Part shown: piece after piece, positions 19,319 to 28,721 of the stretch
Layout: the number at the start of each line of letters is the position of its first letter
How positions within the stretch are numbered: position 1 is the first letter of the stretch
Source: Thermodesulfobacteriota bacterium
GTDB lineage: Bacteria > Desulfobacterota > Desulfobacteria > Desulfobacterales > Desulfobacteraceae
Assembly (NCBI GenBank): GCA_039714675.1
Contig: JBDLIV010000001.1
Location: 2,747 to 66,746 of the forward strand
Length of the DNA stretch: 64,000 nucleotides
Direction of reading: 5' to 3'
Notes under the pieces: model-generated
What the model was told of the DNA's origin: nothing
Seen by the model: the letters and a program-made list of their open reading frames with translations, nothing else
Database searches by the model: none
Program-made: the position numbers and the translations under genes

Positions 19319-20806
19319 ATGCGCATATTTGAAATTTTAACTGTACTGACCTTGTTTCTCTGTACCATCGGGTTCTTTGTTCCCAGAAACAAGAGATCCG
19401 GATATATATATTTACTGCCTGTTCTGGCAGGCGTATTTATTTTTATCCACCTCATGGTTGAAAACTATCGTTACCAGATGATTCCAATTTATGCATTTGC
19501 TGTCATTCTTCTTTTAATATCTGTTTTTCATGCAAGAAAAAATGTACAGGGAAAAGAAACCGCAGTCTCTAAAAAAAGCAGAATCCTGGAAATCATAATG
19601 GCTTTTATGGGCGTGATCATTCTTCCGGCTGCCACAATTCTCCCCTTTCTCAATCCTGTTGTAAATCTACCAAAACCGAGCGGACCCAATTCAGTAGGAA
19701 CAACCTTTTTTCATTTAATAGACCGCTCACGAATGGAAACCTTGACTGAAATTCCTGATGATTACCGGGAATTTACGGCCCGTGTCTGGTATCCTGCTGA
19801 ACCTGTAAAGGGATCAAAAGTCATGCCTTATAGAAAACATAAGCCTGCAACAGGTTCTTTGATAAAAGGGCCGCCTGATATTATTTTTTCTCACTTCAAG
19901 CTGATGAAATCAAATTCTCATCCTGACGCTCCGTTTGTTGCCGGTACTGATACATATCCGGTTATCGGTTTTTCCTGCGGTTTTCAGGAAGATTTAGATG
20001 CTTACCAACTCCTGTTTGAAGAGCTGGCCAGCAACGGCTATTTGGTATTCAGCCTTAACCAGCCCTATGAATCCCAATCTGTGGTACATCCTGACGGAAG
20101 GATTGTTCCTTTTAAACCATCCCATGCAGAGGAGTTTTTCAAAAGCTCTAAAGCAACACTTTCTCTCTGGAAGAAATTTTCTGCAACCACGGACAGGGAA
20201 GAAAGAATAGCTGTTACTAAAGAGATTCTTAGGACAGAAGCCTTTATGGATAGGATTTTCAGAATCCGGACAGCAGATATGCAATTTACCCTGGACGAAT
20301 TAAATAAAATGAATTCAGGAGAAAAAGAAAGCCCCTTCCGCGGGCGGCTGGACATGTCACGCATCGGTGTTTTTGGACATTCAGGAGGCGGTTCTGTCGC
20401 AGGGCAGTGCTGTGCCGTGGATGACCGGTTTACAGCAGGTGTTAATCTGGATGGATTTCAATTTGGCGATGTTATCAATACCCGGATGCAGCAGCCGTTC
20501 ATGTTTATGTATTCCGAGATGTTCTCAGGTACAAACGACATGGTGATGGAAAATTTTGACAATACTGTTTATTCCTTAACCGTTAAAGGCGCCACCCATA
20601 TGGATTTTTCAGATACCCCCTATTTACTTCCCATTATGAAAAAAATGGGGAAAATGTCCGGCAAAATCCCGGCAAAACGCATGGCAGGCATAATCAACAG
20701 CTATGTTCTCGCTTTCTTTGATAAATATTTAAAAGAAAAAAACACCGATCTTCTTGAAGGACCATCACCGGATTATCCGGAAGTGATTTTTAATAAAAAT
20801 AAATAA
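19319..20806 (+). CDS. Membrane-anchored PAF-acetylhydrolase-like alpha/beta hydrolase
   Basis: About 4 N-terminal TM segments; LPKPSGP..VGT, WYPA, ELASNGY, GHSGGG, NLDG, HMDFSD. Confidence 0.85.
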   Translation: MRIFEILTVLTLFLCTIGFFVPRNKRSGYIYLLPVLAGVFIFIHLMVENYRYQMIPIYAFAVILLLISVFHARKNVQGKETAVSKKSRILEIIMAFMGVIILPAATILPFLNPVVNLPKPSGPNSVGTTFFHLIDRSRMETLTEIPDDYREFTARVWYPAEPVKGSKVMPYRKHKPATGSLIKGPPDIIFSHFKLMKSNSHPDAPFVAGTDTYPVIGFSCGFQEDLDAYQLLFEELASNGYLVFSLNQPYESQSVVHPDGRIVPFKPSHAEEFFKSSKATLSLWKKFSATTDREERIAVTKEILRTEAFMDRIFRIRTADMQFTLDELNKMNSGEKESPFRGRLDMSRIGVFGHSGGGSVAGQCCAVDDRFTAGVNLDGFQFGDVINTRMQQPFMFMYSEMFSGTNDMVMENFDNTVYSLTVKGATHMDFSDTPYLLPIMKKMGKMSGKIPAKRMAGIINSYVLAFFDKYLKEKNTDLLEGPSPDYPEVIFNKNK

Positions 20807-20892
20807 ACCAAATAAAAGGAGGGAATACCTTAACAAATTAAACCGGAAGACAAGAAATTTTAAAAAAAAGGAAAAAAGAAAAGGAAAAAAGA

Positions 20893-23220
20893 ATGAAAAA
20901 ATTTGATTATTTAAAAAACATCACCCGTCTGGCAGTTGTGTCCCTGCTTATATCAGGGCTCATTATCGGCATGGGATTTCCTGGTGCTCAGGTTGCTTTT
21001 GCAGACGATGCCGTCAAGGCAGAAGAAGCCAAAGCTGAGGACGCTAAGGAAGAGGAAATAGAAGAAGTTTCAGGAGACTTTACGTTTGAAGAAGTGACTG
21101 TAACAGCCAACAGGCGTGAGGAAAAACTGCAGGATGTTTCCTTGTCTGTAACTGCAATGAATGAAGACATGCTGAAGGCAATGGGTGCATCAGACCTGAA
21201 AGATTATATGCGTTCAGTGCCGGGCGTCCAGTTTAAAGCTACAAACCCTGGCAGCACAAGAATTTCGATTCGTGGTGTACAATCCGTTGATACAAACCCG
21301 CAGGGCGGGGCTATGGTTGGATATTATCTCGATGACATATCTATTCCAACGGCATTTGATTTTCCTGATATAAGTACTTTTGACATGGCTCGTGTAGAAA
21401 TTTTACGAGGGCCTCAAGGCACCTTGTTCGGAGAAGGTTCTCTTGGCGGAACAATCAGAAGTATTACTAATAAGCCCAATACTAGAGGATTGGAGTTCCA
21501 GACAGAGGCTACATATTTGAATATCAATGAGGGAGGAGACGGCTATAATCTTAAAGGTATGGCAAACGTTCCCTTAGGTGAAAAAGCAGCATTCCGTGTG
21601 GTAGGCTTTAATATGGACAGTGACGGTTATCTTGATAATCCCTATCTGGGTCTGGAAGATTTTAATGATTACCAGGCAATTGGCGGCCGCGGCATGTTCC
21701 GCTGGATGCCGAATGAAAAATTTGATATTCTGGCAACCATTAATACACGTTCCTCTGAATTTGGCGGAAGAAATACTTCTGATGAAAACCTGCAGCAGGA
21801 ATCCTCCACACGCGGAAATGGTGAAGACGAATATTTTATGTATAACCTTGCTGCCACCTATAAAATGCCAAGTTTTGATATAATTTCATCAACCTCTTAT
21901 TTTGATCGTGATGCAGTAAGGGAAGATGACATGGCCAGCATGATACCAGTAATGAATGCCCCTCCGCCATGGGGGCTGGCAGGTTTTTATATTGATCCGA
22001 CTACAGGGCTTCCTCCTGTTTTTACCGGTATTTATACTGAATATGATTTTGATTATGAAATGTTTACCCAGGAATTCAGGCTGATGTCCACAAATGACAG
22101 TGCCTTCCAATGGACTGTCGGCTTCTTTTATAAAGATTATGAAAAAAATGAAGTCAACCTTGGGAAGAATACACCTGAAGCTGAGCTGAATATCCCGTTG
22201 GCTGAAATGGTTTTTGGACCCGGTATAACAGAAGGCTGGTATCTGGGTATTGATACTGAAGTAAAACAGATGGCATTGTTTGGTGAAGCAAGTTACGATC
22301 TTACAGAAAAGTTTGAAATTCTTGCCGGATTAAGGGTGTTTCAGGAAGAGCGTGACATAAACGTAATAAACCATGGACTTTTCATGCGCGCCCTTGGAAT
22401 TCCCGAGGAAACAACTACCATGGACGATACTACAGAAGTGTTTAATCCTAAATTTACACTCAGCTACAAGTTTACAGATGATTTCCTTACTTATTTTACA
22501 GCAGCCAAAGGCTTCCGCAGCGGAGGTCTTAATGACATGTATCCTTTCTTTCCGGGTGGCAATAAATTTTATGATCCAGAAGAATTGTGGAGTTATGAAT
22601 TAGGAGCCAAAACAGTCTGGATGGACGGCCGGGTTGTTGTGAATGGTTCTCTCTTTTATCTGGATTGGAAAGATCTAATTGCTGTAACCGATACCGACCC
22701 GTCAGGATTGTTTGTTTTGCAGGGCAATATTGGTTCTGCTAAAACTATAGGTGCTGACATCTCTACCAGTATTATGCTTGCAAAAGGCTTGCAGTTGGAT
22801 TTAGGAGCAAGCTGGCTTAAACGCGAAACCGCAGAAGATGTTACTACCTGGGGCGGTTCACACCCATCCGGAACAAGTATTCCAGGAACTCCTGAATTCA
22901 CAGGGAATGCATCTATTTCCTATACAAGATTTATTGGTGACTATACTGGTTCAGTACGTGCGGATTACACCTATACTGGTGAGATTGATGTAGATTGGGA
23001 AGCAACAAGACAACTTCCCGATTATGGTCTTCTTAACCTGAATGCATCAATTGGAAAGGAACACTGGGAGTGTGTCCTGTTTGTCAATAATGTGACAGAT
23101 GAGCGTGCTCGAGTCGGATCTTTTACTGATCCTGGAGGCTTTTTAGGGATTGACTTTGGCCCTCAGTCTATAATGACTCAGCCAAGGACAATAGGGTTGA
23201 CTTTACGTTATAACTTTTAA
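20893..23220 (+). CDS. TonB-dependent outer-membrane receptor
   Basis: Signal peptide, TonB box EEVTVTA, plug motif RVEILRGPQGTLFG, C-terminal LRYNF. Confidence 0.95.
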   Translation: MKKFDYLKNITRLAVVSLLISGLIIGMGFPGAQVAFADDAVKAEEAKAEDAKEEEIEEVSGDFTFEEVTVTANRREEKLQDVSLSVTAMNEDMLKAMGASDLKDYMRSVPGVQFKATNPGSTRISIRGVQSVDTNPQGGAMVGYYLDDISIPTAFDFPDISTFDMARVEILRGPQGTLFGEGSLGGTIRSITNKPNTRGLEFQTEATYLNINEGGDGYNLKGMANVPLGEKAAFRVVGFNMDSDGYLDNPYLGLEDFNDYQAIGGRGMFRWMPNEKFDILATINTRSSEFGGRNTSDENLQQESSTRGNGEDEYFMYNLAATYKMPSFDIISSTSYFDRDAVREDDMASMIPVMNAPPPWGLAGFYIDPTTGLPPVFTGIYTEYDFDYEMFTQEFRLMSTNDSAFQWTVGFFYKDYEKNEVNLGKNTPEAELNIPLAEMVFGPGITEGWYLGIDTEVKQMALFGEASYDLTEKFEILAGLRVFQEERDINVINHGLFMRALGIPEETTTMDDTTEVFNPKFTLSYKFTDDFLTYFTAAKGFRSGGLNDMYPFFPGGNKFYDPEELWSYELGAKTVWMDGRVVVNGSLFYLDWKDLIAVTDTDPSGLFVLQGNIGSAKTIGADISTSIMLAKGLQLDLGASWLKRETAEDVTTWGGSHPSGTSIPGTPEFTGNASISYTRFIGDYTGSVRADYTYTGEIDVDWEATRQLPDYGLLNLNASIGKEHWECVLFVNNVTDERARVGSFTDPGGFLGIDFGPQSIMTQPRTIGLTLRYNF

Positions 23221-23260
23221 TATGATAAAAAATCTTTTTTCTGAAGATTGAGGAAAACAT

Positions 23261-23305
23261 GAGGCTGGTATCAAATCCAATGGAAAAGATATCAGCCTCT
23301 TTTTT
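23261..23305 (+). terminator. Intrinsic terminator after the TonB-dependent receptor gene
   Basis: GAGGCTGGTATC...GATATCAGCCTC stem (one G.U pair) followed by T6. Confidence 0.75.
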
Positions 23306-23337
23306 AAAAAACATTGACACAAGATACGGATATATAA

Positions 23338-24036
23338 ATGCAAAATAAAAAGAATAATAATGTGGAATCCCTCAGAGACAAGGCATATAGCCGTATCTAT
23401 TCAGATATTTTAACCCTGGAGCTGAAACCCGGACAATATCTTTCAGAAAGTTTTTTGCAAAAACGATATGATATTGGCAAGGCTCCTGCCCGTGTAGCCC
23501 TGATTCAGCTTGAGCATGAAAATATTTTGCAGAATATGGGGCGCAAGGGTCATGTGATTCGTCCCGTAACCATCAAGGACATCAGAAATATTTTTCAACT
23601 GCGGCTTTTTCTTGAGCCGTCAGCAGCAAGGTTTGCAGCCGGCATGGTTGATACGGAAAAATTAGCAGAACTGGATGCAGTATATACTGCCTTGATTCAC
23701 GAGAATGCATCCGGGAAAAAAAATTTCCGGGAAATACACAAGGCAAATAAAAATTTTCATCTGGAAATTGCAAAAAGCCTTGGTAATGATCAGTTAATGA
23801 ATATACTCAATAAATTATATGATATGGATATGCGTATCAATTATTTAATGCTTAAATCATTTTCTGATCTGGAACATTGGAATTTTGATCATAAAGATAT
23901 AAGAGATGCACTGGAAAAGAATGACGGTGCACTTGCGGAAAAGATGGCACACCAGCATACTGAAAAGACACAAACCCAACTTATGTCTTATATTATGCGC
24001 CTGCCCAATCTTGCCAATGTCAATATTGCAATTTAG
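23338..24036 (+). CDS. GntR-family (FCD) transcriptional regulator, paralogue 1
   Basis: N-terminal wHTH (LELKPGQYLSE...PARVAL) and FCD domain (NKNFH, NDQL, DHKDI). The true start may be GTG at 23362. Confidence 0.9.
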   Translation: MQNKKNNNVESLRDKAYSRIYSDILTLELKPGQYLSESFLQKRYDIGKAPARVALIQLEHENILQNMGRKGHVIRPVTIKDIRNIFQLRLFLEPSAARFAAGMVDTEKLAELDAVYTALIHENASGKKNFREIHKANKNFHLEIAKSLGNDQLMNILNKLYDMDMRINYLMLKSFSDLEHWNFDHKDIRDALEKNDGALAEKMAHQHTEKTQTQLMSYIMRLPNLANVNIAI

Positions 24037-24045
24037 CTTGACTTT

Positions 24046-25059
24046 TCAGCTGAACTTGTTTCGATATTCAGACGGCAGCAGATTGGTATTGCGAACAAAT
24101 ATTTTCCTGAAAGCACCACAATTATTATACCCGACTTTGTAAGCGATTTCATCAAAGGATTGATCTGTTGTTTCCAAAAGTGTTTTGGCATTTGAAACCC
24201 GTATTTTCTGCAGATACAGCAAAGGTGTATTACCGGTTGCTTTTTTAAAACGTCGTTCAAAAGTACGCTGACTCATATTAGCAATCAGGGGTAATTTTTT
24301 AATGGAAATGTTGTTTGTATGGTTTTTTTCAAGCCATTCCTGACAAAGCAATATCTGTGAATCATTATGAGATTTATTTCCATTGAATTCAAAGTATGGA
24401 GCCTGGGACGATCTGTATAAATCACGTACAAACAGTTTGGCGCATTTAATAGCAACCCTGTGATTTATATATTTTTCAATCAGGTATAATGCCAGGTCTT
24501 CACTGGAACTTGCTCCGCCGGAACATAAAATATTGCCTTCATCTGTAATCATTTGATCCGGTATCATATTTATTTCTGGATACAGCTGCTTAAAGTAATC
24601 TGCTGCAGTGTAATGGGTTGTTGCCGACTTTCCGTCCAGCAGACCGGTTTCAGCCAGTAAAAAAACGCCGGTGCAGATACTTCCGATAACTGTATCTTTT
24701 GCATGCTGTCTTATTAACCATTTAACCAGTTTTTTGTGTTTTTTTCTTGCGTTGTCAATATTCATAAAAGCGGGTAAAATAATAAGCTCGGCTTGTTTAA
24801 TATCATCAAAGGAACAATGAGGCGTTAGCAGTATATTGTGCTGGCACCGAATCGGTTTCCCATCAGCAGATGCAATCCGGACATCAAATTTTATCCGGGG
24901 GCCACAGTTTTTGTTGTCCGGCGCATCAATTGTGTTTGACATTGATAAGACATCCATCAAACTGGTAATGGAACTTGCAAGAGATTGATTTAATCCTAAT
25001 ATAAAAACTTTCATTATAATCCTCGACAAGGTATAAAAGTTAAAGTGACGCTTATGCAA
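24046..25059 (-). CDS. GlxA-family AraC regulator (DJ-1/PfpI domain + AraC HTH)
   Basis: SICTGVFLLAETGLLDGKSATTH; MSQRTFERRFKKATG. Likely start is MKVFILG. Confidence 0.9.
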   Translation of the reverse strand: MHKRHFNFYTLSRIIMKVFILGLNQSLASSITSLMDVLSMSNTIDAPDNKNCGPRIKFDVRIASADGKPIRCQHNILLTPHCSFDDIKQAELIILPAFMNIDNARKKHKKLVKWLIRQHAKDTVIGSICTGVFLLAETGLLDGKSATTHYTAADYFKQLYPEINMIPDQMITDEGNILCSGGASSSEDLALYLIEKYINHRVAIKCAKLFVRDLYRSSQAPYFEFNGNKSHNDSQILLCQEWLEKNHTNNISIKKLPLIANMSQRTFERRFKKATGNTPLLYLQKIRVSNAKTLLETTDQSFDEIAYKVGYNNCGAFRKIFVRNTNLLPSEYRNKFS

Positions 25060-25187
25060 TTTTTTATGTCGTTTATGCCACTTTTTAATTCATAATTCAA
25101 GCTTTATATTATTGAACAATTGAAAGTTGTTTTGCCTGTGGTTCAGGCGCCCCGGATTCTTTGAAATCCGGTTTTAAAAATTAAATA

Positions 25188-25715
25188 ATGGAGAGAATTA
25201 TGTCTTTAATCAACACCGTAAGCCCTGAAAATGCTGAAAGCGTAGTAAAAGAAACCTATGATATGATGATGGATCTGACCGGAGAAATCCCCGAACCGAT
25301 TGAATTGTGGAGTGCAAGCCCCGGTCTGCTTAAACACAGGCGGGACCTGCTGGAATATTATCTGTCGTCAGGCCTTAGTACAGCCCTGCTGGCATTTATC
25401 CGTTATATCGCCGCAAGTATGAATCATTCCGGAGCATGTTCCCTTTTTAATGCCAGGCTGTTGCAATCCGGAGGTATGACTGATGCTAATCTGGAAGCTA
25501 TACAAAAAGATGCAAGCAGCGCGCCTTTAGATGATAAAGAAAAGAAAATGCTTACTTTTGTTTTAAAGGTGGTAAAAGATTCTGACAATGCTACACAGGA
25601 AGATGTTGATGAATTAAGAGAATTGGGTTGGAGTGATAAACAGATATTTGATGCAGTCCACCAGGGAGTAGATATGATTCTCGTTGGCAAGATGATGAAT
25701 ATATTTAAAATGTGA
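25188..25715 (+). CDS. AhpD/carboxymuconolactone decarboxylase-like protein
   Basis: MSLINTVSPENA, LDDKEKKML, ELRELGWSDKQI pattern; only one Cys (SGAC) at the usual CxxC position. Confidence 0.65.
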   Translation: MERIMSLINTVSPENAESVVKETYDMMMDLTGEIPEPIELWSASPGLLKHRRDLLEYYLSSGLSTALLAFIRYIAASMNHSGACSLFNARLLQSGGMTDANLEAIQKDASSAPLDDKEKKMLTFVLKVVKDSDNATQEDVDELRELGWSDKQIFDAVHQGVDMILVGKMMNIFKM

Positions 25716-25746
25716 TAAAAAATAAATATTTTTGAAAGGGAGTATC

Positions 25747-26211
25747 ATGAATAAAGATGCAATAATAGTAAAAGCCCTGGGAAAAATGCTGACCACTACA
25801 TGTGCTGAAGCTTCTTTTGAAGCTTTGCAGGAAGTGTTTGATTTAAACTCGGGTGAACTGGACTGGATACCCTGTGGCTATATGGGCGCAATAGCTTCTG
25901 GTCAAACCACATGCGGACTGTTGAATAGTGCGACAGCAGCATTGGGTCTGGCTTGTGGGAAAGGGAAATCCGGAAGGCCTGAAGAAAATGAAGCTGCAAG
26001 AGACAAAGCCATTGCCCTGGTTAATGAGCTTTATCGAAATTTTATTGAAAAATTTCAAACAACCCAGTGCAAAACACTTCTTCAGTTTGATTTCAGTACT
26101 AGGGGGCCTTCACAGTTTATGGAAGCAAAGATATATGAAGGCAAATGTGATGTTTTTTTGAATTTTGTAATAAATTACTGTATGGATATAGTACAAAAAA
26201 ATAAATTATGA
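25747..26211 (+). CDS. C_GCAxxG_C_C-family putative redox protein
   Basis: CAEA, TCG, FxxxFQTTQC and late Cys spacing; RBS GGGAG before ATG 25747. Confidence 0.7.
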   Translation: MNKDAIIVKALGKMLTTTCAEASFEALQEVFDLNSGELDWIPCGYMGAIASGQTTCGLLNSATAALGLACGKGKSGRPEENEAARDKAIALVNELYRNFIEKFQTTQCKTLLQFDFSTRGPSQFMEAKIYEGKCDVFLNFVINYCMDIVQKNKL

Positions 26212-26221
26212 TTATTAAATT

Positions 26222-27694
26222 ATGATGACAAAAAAAGGAAAATTGGAAATAAAGACCCCGGTGATTAGAAAAGTTCTACACTGGTTTGAAGAAATTTCCA
26301 AAATTCCAAGGCAGTCCAGACACGAAGAAAAAATTTGTAAATGGCTGCTGGATTGGGCAAAAGAGCACAATTTGGCTGCCGGGGCAGACAATACAGGAAA
26401 TATTGTCATTCAGGTTCCAGCAGCCAAAGGTTATGAAAATGCCCCCATTGTTGTTTTGCAGGCCCATGTTGATATGGTTTGTGAAAAAACACCTGATTCA
26501 ACTCATAATTTTTTAACTGATCCCATTGAATTGATCTATAAAAATAACATTCTAAGGGCTGACAATACTACGCTGGGAGCTGATAACGGGATTGGGATGG
26601 CCCTGGGGCTTGCGCTTGCATTGGATGAAAACATTGGTCACCCGCAATTGGAACTGCTGATGACAACTGGAGAGGAAATTGGATTAATCGGGGCAATGCA
26701 TCTTGATGCAACCTTAATCAAAGGCCGCACCTTGATTAATCTTGACACACCAGATGAAGATACATTTGTTATCGGATCCTGTGGTGGAAGATCTGTCAAT
26801 ATTTCAATTCCTTTAAAATTTGAAGAACCCGGGGGAAACCAGGAAACCTATACTATTAAGACTAAAGGTATAAAAGGCGGGCATTCCGGCATGGATATAC
26901 ATCTGCAAAGAGCCAATGCTGTTAAAGAGCTGTTCAGGATTTTAGACTTTTGCAGTGATTCTGTTGACCTGAGAATAGCTGATTTAAAGGGTGGTTCCGC
27001 TTCAAATGCCATTCCCAGGGATGCCGAGGCAACAATTTTTATTCACCGGGAAAAAGCGGATCTGCTGCAAAAAAAGATAAAAAAAATAGAAACACTTATT
27101 CAAAATGATTTTTTAAATACTGATCCGGAGCTGGCGTTATCACTTGAAAAAAATAGAGAAATTTCATTATCAAAGGTTGCATCAAAAGAGAGTACGCAAC
27201 AAATTATAAATATGATTCTGTCACTGCCTGATGGTGTTGAAAGAGTTTCTGCTGAAATCCAGAGTTCTATTGAAACATCAAGCAATCTGGCAACCATTGC
27301 CCTTGAAAATAATAAATTGCTTGTTGTTACCAGTCTCAGAAGTTCTTCACTGTCAAGATTAACAGCCTTGCAAAAACAAATTACCAGTATTGTTGAACTC
27401 ATTGGCGGACAATATGAATTGTCTGAGGAATATCCGGGCTGGGAAGCTGATTTAAACTCATCCTTGTTAAAGACCGGCAAAAATGTCTACAAAAAACTGT
27501 TTGCTAAAGATCCGATCCTGAATGTCATTCATGGCGGGTTGGAATGCGGGGTGATTGCTGATAAATTCCCCGGGATGGATATGATTTCTCTTGGACCAAG
27601 GTTCAGAAATGAGCACACTCCGGATGAATTTATTTATATTGATACAATTGAACATACATATAAATTATTAACTGGAATATTAGCTGAAATATAA
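26222..27694 (+). CDS. pepD: Aminoacyl-histidine (beta-Ala-His) dipeptidase, M20 family
   Basis: LQAHVDMVCEK, TTLGADNGIG, EEIGL, GGHSG, HGGLECG, HTPDE. Confidence 0.93.
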   Translation: MMTKKGKLEIKTPVIRKVLHWFEEISKIPRQSRHEEKICKWLLDWAKEHNLAAGADNTGNIVIQVPAAKGYENAPIVVLQAHVDMVCEKTPDSTHNFLTDPIELIYKNNILRADNTTLGADNGIGMALGLALALDENIGHPQLELLMTTGEEIGLIGAMHLDATLIKGRTLINLDTPDEDTFVIGSCGGRSVNISIPLKFEEPGGNQETYTIKTKGIKGGHSGMDIHLQRANAVKELFRILDFCSDSVDLRIADLKGGSASNAIPRDAEATIFIHREKADLLQKKIKKIETLIQNDFLNTDPELALSLEKNREISLSKVASKESTQQIINMILSLPDGVERVSAEIQSSIETSSNLATIALENNKLLVVTSLRSSSLSRLTALQKQITSIVELIGGQYELSEEYPGWEADLNSSLLKTGKNVYKKLFAKDPILNVIHGGLECGVIADKFPGMDMISLGPRFRNEHTPDEFIYIDTIEHTYKLLTGILAEI

Positions 27695-27790
27695 CAACAC
27701 TCCGTATACAAACTCTAACTGCAATCTGTCTTTTTTTTCATCCCCCAAACCCCGTCTTTATCTTTGTCTTAAAACTTGCTGAAATTTTTA

Positions 27791-27824
27791 TTGACATTAT
27801 AAAAGAATTTTATTGACATTATAA
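27791..27824 (+). promoter_or_regulatory. Paired operator boxes (direct repeat) upstream of the TonB operon
   Basis: TTGACATTATAA-N10-TTGACATTATAA, part of a 17-bp direct repeat with 22-bp period. Confidence 0.65.
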
Positions 27825-27965
27825 TAATTATAGGTAATATTTTATTCAATTATAAAATAATTTTTTTTGGTAAAAAGGATAAAAAGAGAGCAAGGGAATA
27901 TTATCCACAAAATACAACCAAAAAGCAACTCAAAGTAAAAACAACCAAGGGGAGGAAAAGACCAA

Positions 27966-28721
27966 ATGATCCGGCGTATAATGTTAAGCACAGCACTGTT
28001 AGTGTTTGTGACGCAGGCAACAGTATTTGCAGCAACACCCAAGAAGGTGCAAAAAAAGATGGAGAGCGCCATCAAGACAGAGTCCAAAGCCCAGGCCAAG
28101 GCAGATAACTGGAACATGAGCAAGGACGATCTTGTTAATGAAATCAGGGAACTTCAGACCCGGCTGACCTGGCTGGAGTACCAGAAAGGCAAACATGAAA
28201 TATATGTCCAGGGACTTAAAGATAATATCGCAGATCTGGAAGCCAAAAAACTTGAAGCCCGTATATTAAGAGAAAACCTTGAACCCTATCTTGATGAAGT
28301 TGTTGCCAGAACAGAAGACTTTATTACAAAGGATATGCCCTTTTTAGACGCTGAACGTCAGCAAAGATTAAATTTCCTTCACAATACCCTTAATGACTAC
28401 CATCTGGACCTTGGAGAAAAATTAAGGCGAGTACTTGAAGCACTTTCTGTTGAAGCCACCTACGGCAAAATGGTTACAGCGTCAGAAGAAACATTTAATA
28501 TAGATGGAGAAGATACTCAGGTTACTCTTTTCAGGCTGGGACGTATGGCCATGTACTACCAGACCATAGACGGAGCAAAGCTTGGCAGATGGAATGCTGC
28601 TGTCAGAAAATGGGAACCAATGTCAAAAGACTTTGCCAGGGATCTCCGCCACGCCATTGAAATGGCAAGACGAGAGAGAAGCGTACAATTGATTCAATTA
28701 CCTGTAGGAGCTGTTCAATAA
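27966..28721 (+). CDS. DUF3450 periplasmic coiled-coil protein (TtpB-like)
   Basis: Signal peptide, DMPFLxxERxxR, EKLRRVLEA, FRLGRMAMY; first gene of the exbB-exbD-tonB operon. Confidence 0.88.
   Translation: MIRRIMLSTALLVFVTQATVFAATPKKVQKKMESAIKTESKAQAKADNWNMSKDDLVNEIRELQTRLTWLEYQKGKHEIYVQGLKDNIADLEAKKLEARILRENLEPYLDEVVARTEDFITKDMPFLDAERQQRLNFLHNTLNDYHLDLGEKLRRVLEALSVEATYGKMVTASEETFNIDGEDTQVTLFRLGRMAMYYQTIDGAKLGRWNAAVRKWEPMSKDFARDLRHAIEMARRERSVQLIQLPVGAVQ

Noticed and set aside
25188-26211. Selenocysteine read-through in the small redox proteins
   Set aside because: No in-frame TGA at the Cys-motif positions.
27821-27865. Fur box upstream of the TonB operon
   Set aside because: AT-rich ATAAT-like text only, with no convincing 19-bp match.
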